Shown here: one piece after another, positions 1 to 7,087 of the stretch | Numbering within the stretch: position 1 is the stretch's first letter | Layout of the letters: every line of letters starts with the position of its first letter | From: Fibrobacter succinogenes subsp. succinogenes S85 | GTDB lineage: Bacteria > Fibrobacterota > Fibrobacteria > Fibrobacterales > Fibrobacteraceae | Assembly: GCF_000146505.1 (NCBI RefSeq) | Contig: NC_017448.1 | Span: forward strand, 2,790,001 to 2,822,000 | DNA: 32,000 bases | Reading direction: 5' to 3' | Program-made: the position numbers and the translations under genes | Notes under the pieces: generated by a model | The model's database searches: none | What the model was told of the DNA's origin: nothing | What the model saw: only the letters and a program-made list of their open reading frames with translations

Positions 1-1
1 G

Positions 2-694
2 GCGCTTTCGACGGTGTTTTACCCGGTCCAGTTGCTGCTTGCCTCTGTGAACGACTTTAAGTCGATGCAGGCAGAAAATGAGCACTTGAAGGCGGAAAAC
101 GCAAGGCTCCGTCAGGAGACTTATCACGCGAGCGAGGGCTTGCAGGAACTGGCGCGTTTGCACACGCTGGTGCGCTTTGACGACAAGTGGGATTTCCCGA
201 TTGTGACGTCTCGCGTGGTGGGGCATAACCCCGGGCGTTTTCTGACGACTCTTGTGATTAACCGTGGAACGCATCACGGCGTGAAGGAGAACATGCCGGT
301 GATGTCGATGAACGGCCTTGTCGGGAAGATTTCGAAGGCGATGCTCACGCATTCCCGCGTGCAGCTTCTGGTGGACCCGAACTTGAAACTTTCCGTGCTA
401 GAACGCCGTACGCGTGTGGTTGGCTTCTTGGAATCGGTGGATGGCCATTTGCTTTCGGCGATGATTCCATCGCATGCGGGCGTTGCCGAGGGCGATACGC
501 TTATTACCTCTGGACTGGGCGGCATTTTCCCGAAGGGAATCCCGGTAGGTACGGTACACAAGGTTCGCAAGGCTGATTTGGACGTGATGAGCCTTATGGA
601 CGTGAAGCCGTTTCAGGAATTTTCGACCTTGGAAGAAGTCTTTGTGATGCAGAAGGAACCGGATTGGATTATCCAGGAGTTGCTCGATGAGTAA
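2..694 (+). CDS. mreC: Rod shape-determining protein MreC (5'-truncated by window edge)
   Basis: Frame is open back to position 2. Coiled-coil stretch (ENEHLKAENARLRQE) is followed by a beta-rich C-terminal domain (NMPVMSMNGLVGKI, ITSGLGGIFPKGIPVG). Sits first in an mreC-mreD-mrdA-rodA run with overlapping stop/start codons. Confidence 0.9.
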   Translation, partial: ALSTVFYPVQLLLASVNDFKSMQAENEHLKAENARLRQETYHASEGLQELARLHTLVRFDDKWDFPIVTSRVVGHNPGRFLTTLVINRGTHHGVKENMPVMSMNGLVGKISKAMLTHSRVQLLVDPNLKLSVLERRTRVVGFLESVDGHLLSAMIPSHAGVAEGDTLITSGLGGIFPKGIPVGTVHKVRKADLDVMSLMDVKPFQEFSTLEEVFVMQKEPDWIIQELLDE

Positions 695-1172
695 TTACGG
701 GTGGCTAAAGACGCTTCTGATGTTTGTCATCGCTTTTGCAGTACAGTCGACGATTGGCGACTGGCTTAAGATTTTGGGTGTCGGGCCAGACTTTATCCTC
801 ATCTTTATTGTGTCCGTTGCTTTGCGTTTTGGAGCGGGTACGGGCTGTTTCTGGGGATTTTTGGCGGGATTCACGCTGGATGTCTATGCTCCGGTGGAAT
901 GGCTTGGCGCCAATACGATTGCCATGACGATTGTAGGCTTTGCCGTGGGGCAACTTGAGGAACATATCCTTACGCTTTATCTCCCCGCAAAAGTTGCGGT
1001 GCTCGGGATTGCGTTTTTGGTAAACGACTTGTTTTATTTCCTCATTACGGGGCTAGATAAGAACGTCGTGACGACTCTTTTCTTGACAAAGACTCTCCCG
1101 GAATGCGTTTACACCTTGATTATTGGTGGTATTTTGTTCTATCTCTCTTCGGAGAAGAAGTCAAATGTATAA
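687..1172 (+). CDS. mreD: Rod shape-determining protein MreD
   Basis: 161-aa polytopic membrane protein. ATG 687 overlaps the mreC stop by 8 nt. Canonical position between mreC and PBP2. Confidence 0.8.
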   Translation: MSNYGWLKTLLMFVIAFAVQSTIGDWLKILGVGPDFILIFIVSVALRFGAGTGCFWGFLAGFTLDVYAPVEWLGANTIAMTIVGFAVGQLEEHILTLYLPAKVAVLGIAFLVNDLFYFLITGLDKNVVTTLFLTKTLPECVYTLIIGGILFYLSSEKKSNV

Positions 1173-3012
1173 CGATACTTCGGAGAACGAAGCTCGAATC
1201 CGCAAAAACTGGAATGTGTTGATTTTCCTTGCGGGTACGGTCATCCTTTTTTCGGTGATTTTGTTCAAGCTTTTTTCGCTGCAGTACATCCATTACGAAG
1301 AAAACTTCCAGCGTTCCGAAAACAATCGCTTGCGCCGAATAGAGCTGATTGCTGATCGCGGCTACATTTACGATAGGAACGGGAATGTGCTGGTGCGTAA
1401 CCGTCCTTCGTACCAGATTGCGCTCCAGGCGCTTGAAATGCCGCGAAAGAAGGCGGCTAGGGATTCTATTTTCAAGAAGCTCCTGAATATCCGCGATGCG
1501 GCGGGTGTGCGTCTTTTTGATTCCCTGTCTCTTGATACGGCGTTCCAGAGGATCCGCTGGGTGCGTACGCGTCCGGTCCGCATTTTAGAAGATGCGACGA
1601 TGGAACAGGTGGCGGTGATCGAAGAGCATTCTACGGAGCTGCCGGGCGTCTCGGTGATTATCGAATCGCGTCGTGAATATCCGTATGGAACGCTTGCTTC
1701 GCATGTGCTCGGTTACACGAGTGAAATTTCGGAAGAGCAATTGAAACTTCCGGAATACGAATCTTATTCGCAAGGCGACCGTGTGGGCCAAAAGGGCTTG
1801 GAGCAGGAATACGACAAGGAGTTCCGCGGAAAAAATGGGCTCAAGCTTGTGGAAGTGAATGCGTCGGGGCGTGAGGTGAGAACTCTCCCGGATGTTGGCG
1901 GGTATATTCCTCCGGAACCGGGATTGCACATGGTCTCGACCATTGACTTGAAACTGCAAAAGGCGGCAGAAGCGGCGATTCCGGATTCGGCAAAAGGCGC
2001 TTTGGTGGCGATTGACCCGCGCAATGGCGAAATCTTGGCGATGGTCTCTTCGCCGCGACTCGACCCGAACATTTTTTCGCTGAAACGTCGCGAACGCAAT
2101 AAGGGCTGGGCTCATGTGGCTCTTGACTCCATGCGACCGCTCACGAACCGTGCGATTTCGGGCGTTTATCCGCCGGCTTCTATCTTTAAGCTTGTGACGT
2201 CTGGGGCGGGGCTTGAAAGCGGGATTATTTCGGAGACGAAGTATTACCCGAAAGCTTGTACGGGGGGCTACCAGTACGGGGCGCGTTACCAGAGGTGCTG
2301 GGGTGTACATGGGAATTTGAACGTGGTGCATGCACTCCGTCTTTCATGTGACGTGTATTTCTATCAGGCCGGTCTTGAAATCGACATGGCGCGTATCAAT
2401 GAATTTGCTCGCCGCTTTGGTTATGGTGAAAAGCTGCTCGGCATAGATATTCCAGGCGAGAAGGCGGGGTGGCTCCCGGATTCGGCCTCGTTCAACCAGC
2501 GCAACAAGCGCCTTGGCTGGCGTTGGGCTCGTGGGCTTATTTTGAACCTTTCGATTGGGCAGGGGCAGATGGTGACTCCTTTGCAGCAGGCCGTGTTTAT
2601 CGGTTCCTTGGCAACGAACAAGGGCGTGTACCGGCCGCACTTTATGAAGGAACTTCAGGACTCGCAGGGCAATGTCGTGCGCCGCTATGAACCGGAAATT
2701 ATCCGTCCGGGAACGATGAAGCCTGAGACGCACCGTGTGCTCATGAATGCGATGGATTCCGTGGTGAACCATCCAGGTGGTACTGGCAAGAAGGGCGCTG
2801 TGCCTGGAATCCGCGTAGGCGGAAAGACGGGCTCTGGCGAATGGAAAAAGGGGCAGAAGACGCATGCCTGGTTTGCAGCGGTAGCACCTCTGGATGACCC
2901 GCAAATTGCTGTGGCCGTGATTATGGAAGCGGCAGGCGGCGGTGGCTCTGTTGCGGCTCCGATTGCGCATAAGGTTCTGATGGCCTTCTTTGGGAAGGAG
3001 GAAGAAGAATGA
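1165..3012 (+). CDS. mrdA: Penicillin-binding protein 2 (elongasome transpeptidase)
   Basis: N-terminal TM anchor and transpeptidase motifs SxxK (ASIFK), SxD (LSCDVYF) and KTG (GGKTGSG). Start placed at ATG 1165 (GGAGAAG upstream, overlaps the mreD stop) rather than the ORF-track start 1123. Confidence 0.93.
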   Translation: MYNDTSENEARIRKNWNVLIFLAGTVILFSVILFKLFSLQYIHYEENFQRSENNRLRRIELIADRGYIYDRNGNVLVRNRPSYQIALQALEMPRKKAARDSIFKKLLNIRDAAGVRLFDSLSLDTAFQRIRWVRTRPVRILEDATMEQVAVIEEHSTELPGVSVIIESRREYPYGTLASHVLGYTSEISEEQLKLPEYESYSQGDRVGQKGLEQEYDKEFRGKNGLKLVEVNASGREVRTLPDVGGYIPPEPGLHMVSTIDLKLQKAAEAAIPDSAKGALVAIDPRNGEILAMVSSPRLDPNIFSLKRRERNKGWAHVALDSMRPLTNRAISGVYPPASIFKLVTSGAGLESGIISETKYYPKACTGGYQYGARYQRCWGVHGNLNVVHALRLSCDVYFYQAGLEIDMARINEFARRFGYGEKLLGIDIPGEKAGWLPDSASFNQRNKRLGWRWARGLILNLSIGQGQMVTPLQQAVFIGSLATNKGVYRPHFMKELQDSQGNVVRRYEPEIIRPGTMKPETHRVLMNAMDSVVNHPGGTGKKGAVPGIRVGGKTGSGEWKKGQKTHAWFAAVAPLDDPQIAVAVIMEAAGGGGSVAAPIAHKVLMAFFGKEEEE

Positions 3013-4256
3013 GTTCCGGCCGTTTTGTGGATAAACCCCTGAAAATTGACTGGGTCTTTATTGGTGTTACGCTCACGCTGATGACGTGTGGCGTGTTGCT
3101 TGTGTATTCGGCGACGGTCAATGAGGAAATTGCCTTTTACGATACGCACTGGTTTAGGCAGATTATCTATTTCTTGATGGGGATCGCGATTGCGGTGGGA
3201 CTTGTGTTCGTGAAGATTGACTGGCTTAAGCGTGCTGCGGTGCCGTCTTACGTGATTGCGCTTTTGATGCTCGTGTTTGTGCTCATTTTTGCGGGCGACG
3301 TGAAGGGGGCCGGGCGCTGGATTGACCTGAAGGTAATTAAGTTGCAGCCCTCGGAGTTTGCAAAGATTGCGTACCTGATTACGATTTCGTACTGGCTTTC
3401 GAAACATCCCGTGAGCTTGTATAAGCTTAAGTCGTTCCTGGTGCCTTTAGGCCTTTTCATTGTGCCGTTCTTGCTTGTGCTGAAACAGCCGGATCTGAGT
3501 ACGGCGCTTGTGTTTACTGCTGTGACGCTTGTCGGGTTCTTTTTTGCGGGGCTCACGTTTACGGATTTGTTCCTGATTGTGAGTCCGGCTTTGTCAGTAC
3601 TGTTTTCGCATTCGCAGTCCATGCAGATTCCTGTCTTGTGGGGTGCGCAGATTTGCCTTGTCGTATTCTCCGTATTGCGTAGACACTTGTCCAAGAAGCT
3701 CACGGGTGTGATTATTGCGACGAACATCTTGGCAGGTTACGCCAGCACGATGGTGTGGAATATGCTGGAACCGCACCAGCAAAAACGCGTGAACACGTTT
3801 TTGGATCCGATGAGTGACCCGCTGGGCGATGGCTATCAGGTGTTACAGTCAATCACTGCGATTGGTAGTGGTGGCATTGGAGGCAAGGGATTTGGAAACG
3901 GTTCGCAGACGAATCTCTCGTTTTTGCCCGAAGAACATACGGACTTTATCTTTAGCGTGCTTGGAGAACAGTTTGGCTTTGTCGGGTGCGCGGTGATTCT
4001 TGTGCTGTTTACTTTGTTCTTGTGGAGGGCCTCCTCGATTTGCAAGACGAACGATGACCCGTTTGTGACGCTTGTGACAATGGGCGCTGCGACAATCTTT
4101 TTGTTCCACATCACGGTGAATATCGCGATGACGATTGGGCTTATGCCGGTGACGGGGCTCCCGCTGCCGTTCCTTTCTTATGGAGGCTCGTTTGCGCTTG
4201 TGTGCTTGTTCCTCGTGGGGCTCTTGATGTGCCTCAGGTATCAGGGGAATAAGTGA
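3009..4256 (+). CDS. rodA: SEDS-family peptidoglycan polymerase RodA
   Basis: Polytopic membrane protein with SEDS hallmarks QPSEFAKIAY, PEEHTDFIFSVLGEQFGF and GLPLPFLSYGGS. ATGA overlap with the mrdA stop. Confidence 0.93.
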   Translation: MSSGRFVDKPLKIDWVFIGVTLTLMTCGVLLVYSATVNEEIAFYDTHWFRQIIYFLMGIAIAVGLVFVKIDWLKRAAVPSYVIALLMLVFVLIFAGDVKGAGRWIDLKVIKLQPSEFAKIAYLITISYWLSKHPVSLYKLKSFLVPLGLFIVPFLLVLKQPDLSTALVFTAVTLVGFFFAGLTFTDLFLIVSPALSVLFSHSQSMQIPVLWGAQICLVVFSVLRRHLSKKLTGVIIATNILAGYASTMVWNMLEPHQQKRVNTFLDPMSDPLGDGYQVLQSITAIGSGGIGGKGFGNGSQTNLSFLPEEHTDFIFSVLGEQFGFVGCAVILVLFTLFLWRASSICKTNDDPFVTLVTMGAATIFLFHITVNIAMTIGLMPVTGLPLPFLSYGGSFALVCLFLVGLLMCLRYQGNK

Positions 4257-4257
4257 T

Positions 4258-4470
4258 TAGTAGACTGTAGACAGTAGGAAGTAGACGGTAGGAAGTAGGA
4301 AGGGGACGCCGCTATGCGGCTATAGACGAGAGAACGGCTCTATGAGCCTACAGACGAAAGACGAGAAAATGGCCGAAAGCGCCCAAAGCGAAGCGACCCC
4401 ATAGCCCAGAGCGTAGCGTGCTCGGAGCGAGTTTACGAGCGTCCCCATAGCTTACAGCCTTACTTCGAAG
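4258..4470 (+). repeat. Heptanucleotide-phased intergenic array with embedded 5-bp/triloop hairpins
   Basis: TAG occurs every 7 nt at 4261, 4268, 4275, 4282, 4289 and 4296 (TAGACTG TAGACAG TAGGAAG TAGACGG TAGGAAG TAGGAAG). The register continues in degenerate form (AGACGAG 4324, AGAACGG 4331, AGACGAA 4352, AGACGAG 4359, AGCGAAG 4387, AGAGCGT 4408). Hairpins: GCCGC-TAT-GCGGC at 4308-4320 and GGCTC-TAT-GAGCC at 4336-4348. Confidence 0.85.
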
Positions 4471-4580
4471 CGTGTTGATAAAATTTTACCGTACAATTAG
4501 CCTGAAAAAAGCGTGTTATAGAGATAGGGGGCTTTCGCCCTTGGGGCGTGATTTTGCGCTGCTTTATGACTGGAGGCTTT

Positions 4581-5291
4581 ATGGGCGTTTTGAGGACGGT
4601 TGCAAATTTTGTTTTCGGGATGGAGTGCCTTGCGTGCGGGAACTCGTCAGAGAGGCTTGACCCGTGGCTCTGCCCTGCTTGTGCGGCGGAACTTTTGCGG
4701 GAATCCTGCTCTTCAAAATTCCCGAACGACGATACATTTTGTTTGTTCCCGATGCGGCCTTTGACACGAAAGCTTGTGCATGCGCTCAAGTACAGGAACA
4801 TTCCGGGGCTTGCCTCTTACCTTGTGCGACATTCTTCGGCAGTGAAGCATGGGGTGGTGGCGCAGGAACTTTCGATGCTTGCGCAGCCGCTTTACTTTGT
4901 GCCTGTGCCGCTCCATCGGGCGAGGTATCGTGAGCGCGGGTACAACCAGGCGGAACTCTTGGCGGCGGCGCTTGCGACTGCAACAGGAGGTAAGGTTTGC
5001 CGCTTGCTCAAGCGCAAGACGTTTGTGGTTTCGCAGACAAAGCTTTCAAAGGAGGAGCGAGAGATGAACGTGGCGGGGGCATTTGTGGCGGATTTCCCGA
5101 GGAAGATGCCTACGCGGGGGTGTGTTGTCGTGGTGGACGATGTTTTTACGACGGGGGCGACGACTTCGGCGTGCATGGCGGCGTTTGGACCAGATTTTCC
5201 GCTCCCCTTGAAGGTGTGTACGCTGATTTACGACGAACCTGCGACGGCTGTAGCGGATTTTGCCGCCGATTGCCGCGCCTTTTACAAATAA
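4581..5291 (+). CDS. comF: ComF-family protein (phosphoribosyltransferase-like, N-terminal zinc ribbon)
   Basis: CxxC...CxxC pairs (ECLACGN, LCPACAAE) and PRTase motif VVVVDDVFTTGATTSA. Start chosen at ATG 4581, with GGAGG 4 nt upstream. The ORF track starts at GTG 4548. Confidence 0.85.
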   Translation: MGVLRTVANFVFGMECLACGNSSERLDPWLCPACAAELLRESCSSKFPNDDTFCLFPMRPLTRKLVHALKYRNIPGLASYLVRHSSAVKHGVVAQELSMLAQPLYFVPVPLHRARYRERGYNQAELLAAALATATGGKVCRLLKRKTFVVSQTKLSKEEREMNVAGAFVADFPRKMPTRGCVVVVDDVFTTGATTSACMAAFGPDFPLPLKVCTLIYDEPATAVADFAADCRAFYK

Positions 5292-5302
5292 CAAGTACAA
5301 AT

Positions 5303-5336
5303 AAAAAAGCGTTCCCGGAGCTCGGAAACGCTTTTT
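5303..5336. terminator. Bidirectional rho-independent terminator (comF on +, tRNA-Ser on -)
   Basis: AAAAAAGCGTTCCCGGAGCTCGGAAACGCTTTTT: imperfect stem AGCGTT(C)CC/GGAAACGCT, flanked by an A-tract and a T-tract. Confidence 0.75.
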
Positions 5337-5337
5337 A

Positions 5338-5418
5338 CGGAGGAAGAGGGACTCGAACCCCCAAGCCTTACGGCGGCGGTTTTCAAGACCGCTGACTTAC
5401 CAATTAGCCTATTCCTCC
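5338..5418 (-). tRNA. tRNA-Ser (anticodon UGA)
   Basis: Reverse complement is GGAGGAA-TA-GGC..GTC-A-GCGGT-CTTGAAA-ACCGC, a long variable arm (GCCgtaaGGC), GGGGG-TTCGAGT-CCCTC, then TTCCTCC-G. Class II tRNA with a 3-bp D stem; no encoded CCA. Confidence 0.85.
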
Positions 5419-5431
5419 AATTGGTGCGCAA

Positions 5432-5461
5432 AGAATAGAAAAAAATGCAGGATATCGTCAA
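5432..5461 (-). promoter_or_regulatory. Putative sigma70-type promoter of tRNA-Ser
   Basis: On the minus strand: TTGACG (5461-5456), 18-nt spacer, TATTCT (5437-5432). The -10 ends 13 nt before the tRNA 5' end. Confidence 0.45.
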
Positions 5462-5506
5462 CGATACTTTGCTTTTTGTTGAAGATTAATTATTTTTTTA
5501 CATGTT

Positions 5507-6700
5507 ATGAGCTACCAAGGAAAGTCTACCGATCTTGGAGACGGCGAAGTCGCTGCTCTCTTGTTCGAGTACATGCCCAAAATTGCTGCCGAACACGAGA
5601 CGGACAGCCTCTTGGTACTTATGGCTGATTTGGGTCGGCAGATTGTGCAGGCCGACCGCTGTTCCCTCTGGCTTATTGACGAAGAAAAGAACGAGCTGTG
5701 GACCAAGGTGGCCCATGGTGTGAGCGAGCTGCGTATTCCGCTTTCGGCTGGCTTTGTCGGGTATTCCCTCAAGACGGGTGAACCGGTTCTCGTCGATGAT
5801 GCTTACCGGGACGCTAGGTTTGACCGCCGTAGCGATATCAAGAATGGCTACCATACGACGTCTGTCATGACGATGCCGCTTGAAAGCGATGGCCGCGTGA
5901 TGGGCGTGTTCCAGGCAATCAACAAGGTCGGGGAGAACGTGTTCTTCTCTGAAAAAGACCTGGAACGCCTGAAGCTCATTTCTGTTTATTCCGCAAAGAC
6001 GATTGAGTCTGCAATTCGCGCCCAGAAGTTGGAATGTTATGCGAAACAGCTGGAACGCAAGGCTAAGGAACTCAAGTCTGCGCATATGGAACTTATCCGC
6101 ATTCTGGGCGAAGTCTCTGAATTCCGCAGCCAGGAAGTGGGCGACCATATCCATCGCGTTGCTGAGATTTCTTTGAAGCTCGCCAAGTACCTTGGTCTCC
6201 CGGCAGACCAGCAGGAACTGATTTACTATGCGGCTCCGCTGCATGACCTTGGAAAGGTCGGCATTGCGGACATGATTTTGAACAAGGCGGGCAAGCTCAC
6301 TCCTGAAGAGTTCAGCATCATGAAGAGACATTCCGTTATCGGGCGCACGCTGCTTCGCGATTCCAAGACGGACTTGCTCTGCATGGCGTCGGACATTGCT
6401 AGCGCCCACCATGAACGTTGGGATGGTACGGGCTACCCGGACAAGCTCAAAGGCGAGGAAATCCCGCTCGCGGCACGCATCTGCGCTGTGGCCGACGTGC
6501 TGGATGCGCTTTCGAGTCCGCGCTGCTACAAGCCCGCTTGGCCAGAAGATCGCGTCAAGGAAGAGATGAAAAAGTCTAGCGGTTCGCACTTCCAGCCGGA
6601 GCTCGTTGATATCCTCATGGCGCATTGGGACGAATTTTACTCTTGCTATAAGCCCGATGGCGAGTTCGTCAAGAAGAACCTCCTGCCACCTGTGAAATAA
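5507..6700 (+). CDS. GAF domain / HD-GYP domain protein (putative c-di-GMP phosphodiesterase)
   Basis: N-terminal GAF-like region (ADRCSLWLIDEEKNELW...VMGVFQAINK), a coiled-coil linker, and HD-GYP motifs APLHDLGKVGI and HHERWDGTGYPD. Confidence 0.9.
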   Translation: MSYQGKSTDLGDGEVAALLFEYMPKIAAEHETDSLLVLMADLGRQIVQADRCSLWLIDEEKNELWTKVAHGVSELRIPLSAGFVGYSLKTGEPVLVDDAYRDARFDRRSDIKNGYHTTSVMTMPLESDGRVMGVFQAINKVGENVFFSEKDLERLKLISVYSAKTIESAIRAQKLECYAKQLERKAKELKSAHMELIRILGEVSEFRSQEVGDHIHRVAEISLKLAKYLGLPADQQELIYYAAPLHDLGKVGIADMILNKAGKLTPEEFSIMKRHSVIGRTLLRDSKTDLLCMASDIASAHHERWDGTGYPDKLKGEEIPLAARICAVADVLDALSSPRCYKPAWPEDRVKEEMKKSSGSHFQPELVDILMAHWDEFYSCYKPDGEFVKKNLLPPVK

Positions 6701-6722
6701 ATCACATCGTCTTTTTTGCTAT

Positions 6723-6750
6723 GCCCGCCGTTGCGCGGGCGTTATTTTTT
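6723..6750 (+). terminator. Rho-independent terminator of the HD-GYP gene
   Basis: GCCCGC-cgttgc-GCGGGC followed by GTTATTTTTT. Confidence 0.8.
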
Positions 6751-6813
6751 ATTTGCAGAAGGGGGGGGGCTGAGAATAAATCCGGGGAGACCGCTTAAAA
6801 TTGCCGAAAATAA

Positions 6814-6842
6814 AGAAAAAACCTCGGTTTTCACCGAGGTTT
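6814..6842 (-). terminator. Rho-independent terminator of tRNA-Phe
   Basis: Minus strand reads AACCTCGG-tgaaaa-CCGAGGTT followed by TTTTTT, starting 6 nt after the tRNA 3' end. Confidence 0.8.
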
Positions 6843-6847
6843 CTTCG

Positions 6848-6920
6848 TGGTTCCGATTGGAATTGAACCAACGACACGCGGATTTTCAGTCCACTGCTCT
6901 ACCAACTGAGCTACAGAACC
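6848..6920 (-). tRNA. tRNA-Phe (anticodon GAA)
   Basis: Reverse complement is GGTTCTGTAGCTCAGTTGGTAGAGCAGTGGACTGAAAATCCGCGTGTCGTTGGTTCAATTCCAATCGGAACCA. Cloverleaf is consistent; anticodon loop CTGAAAA; 73 nt without an encoded CCA. Confidence 0.92.
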
Positions 6921-6934
6921 ATTTTGGTGACCCA

Positions 6935-6963
6935 ATTATACATATTTATTTTCACCTTGTCAA
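6935..6963 (-). promoter_or_regulatory. Consensus sigma70-type promoter of tRNA-Phe
   Basis: Minus strand: cccTTGACA (6963-6958), exactly 17 nt, TATAAT (6940-6935). The -10 ends 14 nt before the tRNA 5' end. Confidence 0.7.
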
Positions 6964-7087
6964 GGGTAAAGAGAATATTACTGTTATTTTTTTGAAAAAA
7001 CTACTAAATTTAGTGTTGTTGGATGGATTATTGAGGTGTCCCATGGAAAAACTATGGGAAATGTGTTCTTTATTTTAGGTGGTCGCC

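Noticed and set aside
4258-4470. Whether the intergenic repeat arrays are a CRISPR array or a degenerate one.
   Set aside because: The period is 7 nt, not 55-75 nt. There are no 24-40-nt direct repeats separated by unique spacers, and no cas genes are in the window.
4258-4470. Whether the heptad arrays encode small peptides or are remnants of a pseudogene.
   Set aside because: TAG or TAA occurs in all three frames every few codons on the array strand. The same modules occur in both orientations.
6761-6769. G9 homopolymer tract, considered as a possible slipped-strand phase-variation switch.
   Set aside because: It lies between two convergent terminators (the HD-GYP gene and tRNA-Phe). It is not within a CDS or between -35 and -10 elements, so length changes would have no obvious regulatory consequence.
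7040-7058. Small inverted repeat CCCATGG-aaaaa-CTATGGG upstream of the CotH start, considered as a possible operator.
   Set aside because: It has only 5 bp of pairing, occurs once, and has no recognisable binding-site consensus. That is insufficient evidence.
6716-7078. 120-aa ORF spanning the tRNA-Phe region. The same problem applies to 25957-26187 across tRNA-Leu(UAA) and to the 5' extension of 30972-31715 across tRNA-Leu(CAG).
   Set aside because: They read through well-formed tRNA genes, their promoters and their terminators. The GNAT gene has a sensible internal ATG (31125) after the tRNA terminator.
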